64,000 nt of DNA from Acidimicrobiales bacterium (lineage in GTDB: Bacteria; Actinomycetota; Acidimicrobiia; Acidimicrobiales; JAUJNH01). The stretch covers positions 13,371 through 77,370 of the forward strand of contig JBBSKY010000002.1 of assembly GCA_038255915.1 (NCBI GenBank), given 5' to 3'. Numbering within the stretch: the stretch's first letter is position 1; every line of letters starts with the position of its first letter. The translations under genes were made by a program, and so were the position numbers. Shown in pieces: positions 55,533 through 64,000 of this stretch. The notes beneath the pieces were generated by a model. The model made no database searches, was not told the DNA's origin, and saw nothing but the letters and a program-made list of their open reading frames with translations.

Positions 55533-57320
55533 GTGATCCTGGTCGACCTTGCCCGGGTGGGGGCGCGCCGTCCCGATCGGCCCCTGTTCGAGGACCTCTC
55601 CCTGACGGTCAGCGCCGGCGACCGCCTGGGGGTGGTGGGCCGGAACGGAACGGGCAAGTCGACCCTGCTGCGGGTGCTGGCCGGCGTCGACCGCCCGGAG
55701 CAGGGCACCGTGCGCCAAGGGCGCAACGTACGGGTCGGGTTCCTGGGCCAGCGACCGGACCTCCCGTCCGGCGACGTGCGCTCCGTGCTCGGCTCCCAGT
55801 GGGAGGCGGCGGCCATCCTGGAGCGGGTGGGGATGGGAGGACTGGCCGAGGCCGACGTGGCCACGCTGTCGGGCGGGCAGGCCAAGCGGGTGGCGCTGGC
55901 CCGGGTGCTGGTTGACGAGGTCGACCTGCTGATCCTGGACGAGCCCACCAACCACCTCGACGTCGACGCCATCGGCTGGCTGGAGGAGCGCCTGGCCCGC
56001 TTCCGGGGCGGCCTGGTGCTGGTCACCCACGACCGCCACGTCCTCGACCGGGTCACCACCCGCATCCTCGAGCTCGACCGGGGCACGGGCTACGTGCACG
56101 ACGGCGGCTACAGCGGCTACCTGGCCGCCGCCGCCGAGCGGGCCGGGCAGGAGGCCACGGCCGAGTCGGTGCGCCGCAACCTGGCCAGGGTCGAGCTGGC
56201 CTGGCTGCGCCGGGGAGCCCCGGCCCGCACCCGCAAGCCAAAGGCCCGCATCGCTGCCGCCACGGCCATCGTCGAGGGGCGGGGCCCGGTGGTCGACCGG
56301 GTCGGCGACCTCGACCTGGCCGGCGGCGGGCACTGGGGCGGCGCCCCCCGCCTGGGGGAAAAGGTCATCGAGCTCCACGCCGTCGGGCACCGCTTCGCCG
56401 GTGGCGCCCAGCTGTTCGAGGGCCTTGACCTCGACCTCGGCCCGGGTGAGCGTCTGGGGCTGGTCGGCCCGAACGGGTCGGGCAAGTCCACCCTCCTCGA
56501 GGTCATCGCCGGTCGCCTGGCACCCTCGGCCGGGGTCGTCTCGACGGGGCCGACCGTGCGGCTCGGCTACTACGACCAGGCCGGGCGCACCCTCGACCCG
56601 GCCCTGCGGGTGCGCGAGGCCGTCGCCGGGCCCCAGGGCCAGCCCACCTGGGAGCAGGCCCGGCTGATGGAGCGGTTCTGGTTCGACGCGGATGCGCAGT
56701 GGGCCCCGATCGGCACCCTGTCCGGGGGCGAGCAGCGCCGCCTCCAGCTGCTGCTGGTGCTGGCCGAGCTGCCCAACGTCCTGCTGCTCGACGAGCCCAG
56801 CAACGACCTCGACCTCGACACCCTGCGGGCGCTGGAGGACCACCTCGACGCCTGGCCCGGCACCGTGGTGGTGGTCAGCCACGACCGCGCCTTTCTGGAG
56901 CGCACGGTGGAGGACGTGCTGGTGCTGGACGGCCAGGGCGGGGCGGCCCTGGCCCCCGGGGGCTACGCCGGCTACGCCGCCTCGCGGGCCACGACGGGCG
57001 GCCGGGGCGCCGCCCCGGCCATGGCCGGGCGACCGTTGGCCCCGGTGCCGGCAGTGGCCGCCGCGTCCGCAGCCGTCGCAGCCCCCGCAGCGGGCTCCGC
57101 CAAGCTGCGCTCCCCCAGCACCCTGCGTCGCCTCCTGGGGCTGGCCGAGCGGGAGATGGCCCAGGCCGGGGGGGAGCGGGAGCGGCTGGTGGCCGAGCTG
57201 TCGGCCGGCGGCGACCACGCCGCCCTCACCCAGTCCGCCCATCTCCTGGCCGACGCCGAGGCCCGCCTGGCCGTGGCCGAGGACCGCTGGCTCGCCCTGT
57301 CCGAGGAGCTCGGGGGCTGA
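55533..57320 (+). CDS. ABC-F family ATPase (two NBDs, no TMD)
   Basis: GRNGTGKST and GPNGSGKST Walker A motifs, two LSGG signatures, C-terminal coiled coil. GTG start. Confidence 0.9.
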   Translation: MILVDLARVGARRPDRPLFEDLSLTVSAGDRLGVVGRNGTGKSTLLRVLAGVDRPEQGTVRQGRNVRVGFLGQRPDLPSGDVRSVLGSQWEAAAILERVGMGGLAEADVATLSGGQAKRVALARVLVDEVDLLILDEPTNHLDVDAIGWLEERLARFRGGLVLVTHDRHVLDRVTTRILELDRGTGYVHDGGYSGYLAAAAERAGQEATAESVRRNLARVELAWLRRGAPARTRKPKARIAAATAIVEGRGPVVDRVGDLDLAGGGHWGGAPRLGEKVIELHAVGHRFAGGAQLFEGLDLDLGPGERLGLVGPNGSGKSTLLEVIAGRLAPSAGVVSTGPTVRLGYYDQAGRTLDPALRVREAVAGPQGQPTWEQARLMERFWFDADAQWAPIGTLSGGEQRRLQLLLVLAELPNVLLLDEPSNDLDLDTLRALEDHLDAWPGTVVVVSHDRAFLERTVEDVLVLDGQGGAALAPGGYAGYAASRATTGGRGAAPAMAGRPLAPVPAVAAASAAVAAPAAGSAKLRSPSTLRRLLGLAEREMAQAGGERERLVAELSAGGDHAALTQSAHLLADAEARLAVAEDRWLALSEELGG

Positions 57321-57399
57321 AGGCCACACCCCACGGTCTGCCGGGACTTTGGGTGCGCCCAGCGACACCTACTCCCGGCAGTTCGAGCTGTCGTGGGGT

Positions 57400-58044
57400 T
57401 CAGGCGGCCGAGAGGGGCTCGAAGTCGACGACCACGTCGGTGAAGCCGAGGCCCCGGATCAGCGACGCGATGGTTCCCCTGGCGTTGGCCTCGGCCCGCT
57501 GGCGCAGCTGGGCGTCCTCGGTGGCGGCCCGGCCCACCTTGCCCTCGGCCAGGAGCAGCAGCTGGCGATCGGGGTTGCGCTCGTCGCCCACGGCCGAGCC
57601 GAACCGGTCGAGCAGGCCCCGCTCGCGGCTGACGACCCGGCTCTCGGCCAGGTCGAGAGCCGGCTCGGCCAGGCGGACGGCCGGCACGGTCACGTGGACG
57701 GTGGCCCCTTCGACCCGCACCGAGCCCGGGCCGATGGCCGACAGGTCGACGAGGGCATCGACGCTGCCGGTGGCCGAGTAGACGACCCGGCTGCCCTTCA
57801 GCACCGAGGGCACGTACGCAGTGTCCTTCTCCAGGTCGACCAGCACCTGGTAGCGCCCCTCGGCGGCGTGGAGCTCGGCCAGGTCGGTGAGCGACTTGAG
57901 CAGGGCCGGCGAGGTGCGGTCCACCGTCTGCTCCTGCAGCGGGTTGCTGGGCCGAAGGGCCTTCAGCCCCACGACCAGGCCGAAGCCGATGGCGGCGAGA
58001 GCGGTGCACAGGACGGTGACGTGGACCAGGCTGCGACGGAGCAC
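57400..58044 (-). CDS. DUF4230-like membrane-anchored protein
   Basis: N-terminal TM helix, then the pattern LAELHAAEGRYQVLVDLEKD...VHVTVP that I recall for DUF4230. Confidence 0.55.
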   Translation of the reverse strand: MLRRSLVHVTVLCTALAAIGFGLVVGLKALRPSNPLQEQTVDRTSPALLKSLTDLAELHAAEGRYQVLVDLEKDTAYVPSVLKGSRVVYSATGSVDALVDLSAIGPGSVRVEGATVHVTVPAVRLAEPALDLAESRVVSRERGLLDRFGSAVGDERNPDRQLLLLAEGKVGRAATEDAQLRQRAEANARGTIASLIRGLGFTDVVVDFEPLSAA

Positions 58045-58105
58045 ATCGCGGAGGGTACCGGGCGCGGCGCCCCAGCGTGGACGCGCCCCCGGTCGCCCGT
58101 CGCTC

Positions 58106-58972
58106 TCAGGCGGCGACGGGGCGCAGGTCGAGGTTGGCGGCGATCTCCCTGGTGGCGGTTGACTGGTTCAGCGTGTAGAAGTGCAGCCCCGGCACCCCCT
58201 CGGCGAGGAGGGTCTGGCACAGCTCGGTGGCCACCTCGACCCCGGCCCGGCGCACGTCCTCGGGGTCCTCGCCGGCCGCCTCGATCCGGGCGACGACCTC
58301 GGGCGGCACCGCCGCCCCGGACAGCTCGGCCATCCGGGTGACGGCCTTGAGTGACAGGATGGGCATGATCCCGGCCACCACCGGCTTGGTGCAGCCGACC
58401 TGGTGCAGGTCGTCGCGCAGACGCAGGTAGTCCTCGGCCCGGAAGAACAGCTGGGTGATGGCGAAGTCGGCCTTGGCCAGCTTGGCTGCGAGGTGGCGGC
58501 GGTCGTCGGCCCGGTCAGGCGATCGGGGGTGCAGCTCGGGGTGGGCGGCCACGCCGATCGAGAACCCGCCGACGGCGTGGGCCAGGTCGACCAGCGCCTC
58601 GGCGGTGGCCAGCTCGGTCGGGGCCGAGTCGGGGTCCTTCGACGGGTCGCCGCCCAGGGCCAGCAGGTTCTCGAGGCCGGCCCGGCGGTAGCGCACCAGG
58701 ATCTCGGCCAGGTCCAGGCGGCTGTGGGCGGCGCAGGTGAGATGGGCCATCGGCGTCAGCGCCGTCGTCTTCAGCATCCCGACGACCAGGTCGTGGGTCC
58801 GCTCGCGGGTGGAGCCGCCGGCGCCGTAGGTGACCGAGACGAACGACGGGTCGAGCGGCTCCAGCTCGCGCAGAGCCCGCACCAGCTGGGCCTGGGCGGC
58901 GTCGGTCTTGGGCGGAAAGAACTCAAAGCTGACGGTGCGCCCGGCGGCGAGGAGATCGGCGACGCGTGCCAT
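58106..58972 (-). CDS. metF: Methylenetetrahydrofolate reductase
   Basis: SFEFFPPKT, SVTYGAGGSTR, HLTC and AAHPE motifs. ATG 58972. Confidence 0.9.
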   Translation of the reverse strand: MARVADLLAAGRTVSFEFFPPKTDAAQAQLVRALRELEPLDPSFVSVTYGAGGSTRERTHDLVVGMLKTTALTPMAHLTCAAHSRLDLAEILVRYRRAGLENLLALGGDPSKDPDSAPTELATAEALVDLAHAVGGFSIGVAAHPELHPRSPDRADDRRHLAAKLAKADFAITQLFFRAEDYLRLRDDLHQVGCTKPVVAGIMPILSLKAVTRMAELSGAAVPPEVVARIEAAGEDPEDVRRAGVEVATELCQTLLAEGVPGLHFYTLNQSTATREIAANLDLRPVAA

Positions 58973-59047
58973 AGCCGGGGAGCCTACGACCGCACCTAGC
59001 TGACGCTCCCACCTGCGGCCCACCGTCGGCCGAGTCTCGCCGGATGC

Positions 59048-59281
59048 TCAATGGTGCTCCTCGTCCACGGCGGTGCGCCAACGGACGAAGTCCCGCTGCC
59101 CGGCCAGGAGCATCAGGCCGCCCAGGACGGCGCCGAGGACGCCGAGTGGACGGCTCCAGGCGCCAGCGAAGCCGCCGATGGCGGCCCCCGCCAGCCCGAG
59201 GACCAGCAAGCATGGACGCCCTCGGGCCCTTCTGCGAGCCACCCGCCGCCGTCCGCTCTCCGCCGCTCTCCGGCCGCCCAC
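59048..59281 (-). CDS. Small Gly-zipper membrane protein (hypothetical)
   Basis: G/C third-position bias. Two Gly-rich helices (LLVLGLAGAAIGGFAGAW and LGVLGAVLGGLMLLAG). The start is uncertain. Confidence 0.35.
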   Translation of the reverse strand: MGGRRAAESGRRRVARRRARGRPCLLVLGLAGAAIGGFAGAWSRPLGVLGAVLGGLMLLAGQRDFVRWRTAVDEEHH

Positions 59282-59344
59282 GCCGTGCGGCGACAGCAGC
59301 TCGGGGGTCGCCGCAGGCTCTCGGGACCGACGCCGCCGGCGGGC

Positions 59345-60220
59345 TCAGCCGGGGAGCGCCTGCGCTCGCCGCTCGGCCGCCTGCACGCAGTTCACCAGCA
59401 GCATGGCCCTGGTCATCGGCCCGACCCCGCCAAGCCGGGGTGAGAGCCAGCCGGCCACTTCGGCCACGTCGTCGGCCACGTCGGACACCACCTTCTTCCC
59501 AGCGAAGGTGACCCCGGCCGCCACCACGGCCGCCCCGGGCCGCACCATCTCGGCGGTGATCAGGCCGGGGCTTCCGGCGGCGGCCACCACCACGTCGGCC
59601 TGGCGGCACAGCTCGACCAGCCGGTCGCGGGGCACCCCGGTGTGGACCACGGTGACCGCGGCGTTGGCGTGTTCGCGCTTGAGCGACAGCAGGTTGGCCA
59701 GGGGTCGGCCGATGGTGAGGCCCCGCCCGACGATCACGACATGGCGGCCGGCGATGGGCACGTCATAGGCGGCCAGGAGCCGCTGGATGCCAGCCGGCGT
59801 GCACGGCAGCGGCGCCTCGACGCCCTGCACGAGCCGGCCCAGGTTCACCGGGTGGAGCCCGTCGACGTCCTTGGCCGGGTCGACGGCCAGCATGGCCGCC
59901 TCGAAGTCGAGGTGCTTTGGGAACGGATACTGCATGAGGTAGGCGTCGATGGCGGGGTCGTCGTTGAAGCGGGCCACCACCTCGAGGACCGCCGCCTGGG
60001 TGGCGTCGGCGGGCAGGCGCACGTCCTGGCTGGCGATGCCGAGTGCCTCGCAGTCCCGATGCTTCATGGCCACGTAGCTGCCACTCGGCCCGTCGTCGCC
60101 GACCAGCAGCGTCCCCAGCCCCGGCCGGTGGCCGGCGGCCACCAGGGCGTCGACCCGCGTCTTCAGCTCCTGCTTGATCGAAGCAGCCAGCGCCTCGCCG
60201 TCGAGGACGATCGCCGCCAC
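59345..60220 (-). CDS. folD: Bifunctional methylene-THF dehydrogenase/methenyl-THF cyclohydrolase
   Basis: LDGEALAASIK, LLVGDDGPSGSYV, PAKDVDGLHP, VVIVGRGLTIGRP, GGVGPMT. GTG 60220. Confidence 0.9.
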   Translation of the reverse strand: MAAIVLDGEALAASIKQELKTRVDALVAAGHRPGLGTLLVGDDGPSGSYVAMKHRDCEALGIASQDVRLPADATQAAVLEVVARFNDDPAIDAYLMQYPFPKHLDFEAAMLAVDPAKDVDGLHPVNLGRLVQGVEAPLPCTPAGIQRLLAAYDVPIAGRHVVIVGRGLTIGRPLANLLSLKREHANAAVTVVHTGVPRDRLVELCRQADVVVAAAGSPGLITAEMVRPGAAVVAAGVTFAGKKVVSDVADDVAEVAGWLSPRLGGVGPMTRAMLLVNCVQAAERRAQALPG

Positions 60221-60222
60221 CC

Positions 60223-60710
60223 CTAGACCTCCTCGATGCCCAGCTCGGTCCGGACCTGAAGCCGCCCGTCGACCACGCGCAACGCCACGCCCAGGCTGGC
60301 CAGCAACGTCCACCCGTCGTTGCCGGCAGCCACCACAGCCCAACCCTCATCCAGCGGCCGACGCACTTCGAGGACCTTGGTGGTCTGGTCGATGTAGAGC
60401 AGCTCTTCCACCCCGACCTCGCGGTAGAAGGGAAGCTTCTCGTACGACTCGTCCTGCGGCAGCAGGATCTCAACGGCGAGAACGGCGCGGCCCTCGATAC
60501 CCCGCTGGGTGACGTCCTCAGGCCGGGCGTAGCCCAGATCAGGGACCCGATAGCTCATCATCTCGGGACCTCGGGACCGAAGATGCCCGGCTCCACGAAC
60601 CCTCGGAGCCTTCGGTCCTTCGCCTGGGACCGGAACCGGCAGTCATCCCGACGGTCGAGGCCCAACCGCCGCCGCTCCTCGATCATCTCGTCTGGGACCA
60701 CAGCCAACAC
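60223..60710 (-). pseudogene. Degraded Uma2-family (DUF820, PD-(D/E)xK) endonuclease gene
   Basis: ORF 60223..60561 encodes only the C-terminal core (YRVPDL...VEILLPQDESYEKLPFYREVGVEELLYID). An N-terminal-like piece (..EERRRLGLDRRDD...FVEPGIFGPE) lies upstream in another frame (60558..60710). Confidence 0.5.
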
Positions 60711-60961
60711 GCGAGGCGAGGCTAGAGGCCGACAGGGGGCCGGAGCCCGATCCCGAGCAGGCGCAGGTCGTCACCGCCCAGGGCCCGCTCGACGGGGGGC
60801 AGAGCTCCTGACACTCAGGCGTCGCCAATGGGGGTCAACCACCTCTACTCGACGCCCCCACAGCGACGAGCTCGACCTGCGGCGGCTTGTCGTCTCCTGC
60901 TCGCCGAGCCCCCTGGGCTGGCGCCGGTACACGGCCACCGCGGGCCCTGAAGAGGCCGATC

Positions 60962-62245
60962 TCAGGCGCGGGGCCGGCTGGCGACCCGCAGCGTCGACCC
61001 GCCGACGAGGAGGAGGAGCGCCAGGGGGAGGACACCCGCTGCATCGCCACCGGTCCGGGGCAGCTCTGACGTCGAGGTCGCTCGGGCGGAGAGGGTGGAC
61101 GACGCTACGACGCTCCGGACCGTCTGGGTCATGGCCGCCGACATACCGAACCCGTGGGCCTGGGCCGTGATCCTGTGGTCTCCGGTCTGCAGCCCTGGCG
61201 TGCTGAACGTCGCTTGGCCGTCGACCAGGGGCGCGGTGCCCATCAGCGTCGCCCCGTCGTAGAAGCTCACCATGGTTCCCGTCGAACCAGATCCCAGTAC
61301 GGAAGCGACGAAGGTGACGAGCTCACCGAGACTGGACGGACTGGCCGAAGAGACCACGGTGGTCGTCCTCGTAGGCCCACCCGGGCCCCCACCGACCGGC
61401 CCACCCGTCGCCGGCCGAGCCGTCGTGCTGCTTCTCGAGCCACCCGTCGTCGTGCTGGTCCCCGCCCCGGCCGTCGTGCTGGTCGTGGCTCCCGGGGTGC
61501 TGGTCGAGCTAGACGTCGTGCCGGTCCCACCATCGGTGGAGCTGGTGGTGGCGACGGAGCAGGCTCCGTTCTCGAGGGTGGTGGTCGTGTCGACGCAGGC
61601 GTAGACGTTGGTGATGGTCGCGGTGCACGTCACGGTGCTCGCACCGGTCTGGCCCGAGTCGTTGCACTGGTCGATCAGCACTGCCGGTGCCGAATCGCTC
61701 GCTGCGCCGGTGGTGGCCGTGCACGTGACGGTGCCGGTGTCCCCTGAACGGTTGCACTGGTCGATGGCCTGGTAGCCGCCGGTGGCGTTCGCGCCGGCGG
61801 GGGTATCTGTGCACGTTGTGGTGGGGGCGCCGTTGACCGGGTTGCACTGGTTGATGGTGGAGAGCTCCGCGGCGCTGGCCGGGGCCCCTGTGAGGTTGTT
61901 CGTGATCGTCACCGTGCACGTCAGAGTGCTGGCACCCCCGCTCGCCGACTGGTTGCACTGGTGGACCTCCGTGATGGGCGAGGTCGATGTCGTCTCGCTG
62001 GCGACACCGTTGACGCTCGTCACGATGGTGGACGCGGTGGTGGACGTGCCGTCGGCGTTGTACGTGGTGTTGTTGGTGATGGTGACAGCGCACGTCGTCG
62101 TCGTCGCCCCCTCGTTCGCCACGTCGTTGCACTGCACGATGGGCGGCCCCAGGTCCAGGGCGGAGGCCGCTCGGACACCGAACGCCGGTAGCCACAGGGC
62201 GGCGAGGAAAGCCACCGGCACCATGGCAAGAGCCGTCTTCGTCAT
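60962..62245 (-). CDS. LPXTG-anchored, Thr-rich surface protein with five Cys-pair repeats and an Ig-like domain
   Basis: Signal peptide from ATG 62245. Five xQCN...TC(T/A)xT(I)TN repeats. A Thr/Ser/Gly linker. An Ig-like segment (VTFVASV...VSFYDGATLMGTAPL..GQATF). C-terminal LPRTGG followed by a hydrophobic helix and RPRA. Confidence 0.8.
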   Translation of the reverse strand: MTKTALAMVPVAFLAALWLPAFGVRAASALDLGPPIVQCNDVANEGATTTTCAVTITNNTTYNADGTSTTASTIVTSVNGVASETTSTSPITEVHQCNQSASGGASTLTCTVTITNNLTGAPASAAELSTINQCNPVNGAPTTTCTDTPAGANATGGYQAIDQCNRSGDTGTVTCTATTGAASDSAPAVLIDQCNDSGQTGASTVTCTATITNVYACVDTTTTLENGACSVATTSSTDGGTGTTSSSTSTPGATTSTTAGAGTSTTTGGSRSSTTARPATGGPVGGGPGGPTRTTTVVSSASPSSLGELVTFVASVLGSGSTGTMVSFYDGATLMGTAPLVDGQATFSTPGLQTGDHRITAQAHGFGMSAAMTQTVRSVVASSTLSARATSTSELPRTGGDAAGVLPLALLLLVGGSTLRVASRPRA

Positions 62246-62479
62246 TCTGCTGCCGCTCCAGCGGCGACCACAACGGGTTCGCATGGGCAGCCACTTCGGC
62301 CGGAGAAAGCCTCACCTTGAGCGCTTCTGCTGACCATTGTGATCTGTTGTGAAAGCGCAGGCGGTGACGCGACAACCGCTACGGGTGTTCTCTTGGAGAT
62401 GTTGTGACAGCAATCTTTCCCTCGACCCACGGGCCGGGCCGGAGGGAGCCCGACCGGGACTTGGGCAGTGGGGGAAGAC

Positions 62480-63994
62480 TCAGTGGCGGAAGTGGCGTTC
62501 GCCGGTCAGGACCATGGCGATGCCGTGCTCGTCGGCGGCGGCGATGACCTCGTCGTCGCGAAGGCTGCCGCCGGGCTGGACGACCGAGGTGATGCCGGCG
62601 GCGGCGGCGGCGTCGAGGCCGTCGCGGAAGGGGAAGAAGGCGTCGCTGGCGCAGGCGCCGCCGGCGGCCCGGCCGGCCGCCCGCTCGGCGGCGATCTGGC
62701 CGGAGGCGAGCCGGTTCTGCTGGCCGGCGCCGATGCCGACGGCCACCCCGTCCTTCACGAACACGATGGCGTTGGACTTGACGTAGGCGCAGATGCGCCA
62801 GGCCAGCTCGAGGTCGTCGAGCTGGGAGGCGGTGGGCTCCACCTTGGTGGCCACCTTCCAGCCGGCGCGGGGGGTCTCGAAGCGGTCGGCGTCCTGCACC
62901 AGGAAGCCGCCGCCGATCCGGCGCAGCTCGAGGCGGTCGCGGTCGGGCGGCGGGGCCGACAGGACCCGCAGGTTCTTCTTCTTGCTGGTGATGAGGTCGA
63001 GGGCGTCGTCGGTGAAGGACGGGGCGATGAGCACGTCGGCCTTGGGGTTGGCCACCAGCTCCTCGGCGAGGGCCAGGCCGACGGGCCGGTTGAGGGCCAC
63101 GATGCCGCCGAAGGCCGACATGGGGTCGCACTCGAAGGCCAGGCTGTAGGCCTCCTCGATGGTGGCGGCCACCGCCGCCCCGCAGGGGTTGGCGTGCTTG
63201 ATGATGGCGGCGGCAGGCTGGTCGCCCAGGTCGTGCACCAGCTGCCAGGCGGCGTCGGCGTCGAACAGGTTGAGGTAGCTGAGGGCGATGCCGCCGTGCT
63301 GGGTGACGCCGTCCCACCAGCTGGTGCCGCCGACCTCGCGGTAGCGGGCCCCCTGCTGGTGGGGGTTCTCGCCATAGCGGAGCGGCTCGCCGGCTCGTTC
63401 GAGGGCGAGGTGCACGGTGGGCGGCAGCACCGGCTGCTCGGGGTCGGTGTCGTCGAACCAGGTGACGATGGCGGCGTCGTAGGCGGCGGTGTGGGCGAAG
63501 GCGGTGCGGGCCAGGCGGCGGCGGGTGGCCTCGGCCAGGGTGCCGTGGCCGAGGCGCAGCTCGTCGAGCACCAGGCCGTAGTCGGCCGGGTCGACGAGGA
63601 CGCCGACGTGGGCCCAGTTCTTGGCTGCGGCTCGGACCATGGTGGGGCCGCCGATGTCGATGAGCTCGATGGACGGGTCCGACCGGAAGGGGTAGAGGTT
63701 CACCACGACCAGGTCGATGAGGTCGATGCCCACACGAGCGAGGTCGGCCAGGTGTTCGGTGTTGTTGCGGTCGGCCAGGAGGCCGCCGTGCAGCTTGGGG
63801 TGGAGGGTGACCACCCGGTGGCCGAGGATCTCGGGCGAGCCCGTCACCTCCTCGACGGTGCGGTGGGCGATCCCGTGCTCGGCCAGGGCCCGAGCCGTGC
63901 CCCCGCTGGCGACGAGGTCCCAGCCGAGGTCGACGAGTCCTGCGGCGAGGGCAGGGAGGCCGGTCTTGTCGTAGGCGGAAAGCAGTGCCCTCAT
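62480..63994 (-). CDS. purH: Bifunctional AICAR transformylase / IMP cyclohydrolase
   Basis: MRALLSAYDKTG, TLHPKLHGG, IDLVVVNLYPF, KHANPCG and FFPFRDG motifs. Confidence 0.95.
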   Translation of the reverse strand: MRALLSAYDKTGLPALAAGLVDLGWDLVASGGTARALAEHGIAHRTVEEVTGSPEILGHRVVTLHPKLHGGLLADRNNTEHLADLARVGIDLIDLVVVNLYPFRSDPSIELIDIGGPTMVRAAAKNWAHVGVLVDPADYGLVLDELRLGHGTLAEATRRRLARTAFAHTAAYDAAIVTWFDDTDPEQPVLPPTVHLALERAGEPLRYGENPHQQGARYREVGGTSWWDGVTQHGGIALSYLNLFDADAAWQLVHDLGDQPAAAIIKHANPCGAAVAATIEEAYSLAFECDPMSAFGGIVALNRPVGLALAEELVANPKADVLIAPSFTDDALDLITSKKKNLRVLSAPPPDRDRLELRRIGGGFLVQDADRFETPRAGWKVATKVEPTASQLDDLELAWRICAYVKSNAIVFVKDGVAVGIGAGQQNRLASGQIAAERAAGRAAGGACASDAFFPFRDGLDAAAAAGITSVVQPGGSLRDDEVIAAADEHGIAMVLTGERHFRH

Positions 63995-64000
63995 GGACGG

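Noticed and set aside
55380-57368. 662-aa minus-strand ORF
   Set aside because: It is antisense to the ABC-F ATPase, which has two complete Walker/signature sets.

Overview
Very GC-rich, gene-dense chromosomal segment of actinobacterial type. The evidence is SenX3/RegX3, two WhiB genes, a SigE/anti-sigma/HtrA block, an MMPL gene and frequent GTG/TTG starts. The exact taxon cannot be determined from this window. I support about 70 protein-coding genes. I recognised no rRNA, tRNA, CRISPR array, transposase or integrase. Main blocks: (i) 0.2-9 kb: envelope and housekeeping genes (sortase, HEAT protein, mreB, moaE, a catalytically dead HtrA-like PDZ protein, epimerase, DUF2342-type metalloprotease, phosphoesterase, MFS). 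(ii) 9.7-24.1 kb: an unusually complete phosphate/polyphosphate supercluster (regX3-senX3-surE-pstA-pstC-pstS, divergent pstB, a second pstS, vapBC, phoU-sixA-nudix-CYTH/CHAD-ppk1). (iii) 24.4-29.5 kb: an envelope-stress block (htrA, whiB, RseB-like, tandem-ZAS anti-sigma, sigE, tatA, whiB1-like, DUF2516-like) with candidate ECF promoters and a (CTAG)5 palindrome. (iv) 29.5-34.4 kb: an AAA-ATPase/VWA pair split by an AbiE-like toxin-antitoxin pair. (v) GH2, sdhCAB, RraB-like, MMPL/MarR. (vi) 44.4-48.5 kb: a translationally coupled operon of cytochrome P450, an unknown two-lobed membrane protein and a DyP peroxidase. This is my best candidate for an undescribed system. (vii) mdh, icd, GH13, ABC-F, metF, folD, a degraded Uma2 gene, an LPXTG surface protein built from unfamiliar Cys-pair/Thr-ladder repeats, and purH. 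Many long ORFs in the six-frame track lie antisense to these genes and are GC-driven shadow ORFs. All functional calls come from reading motifs in the translations. No database search was run.
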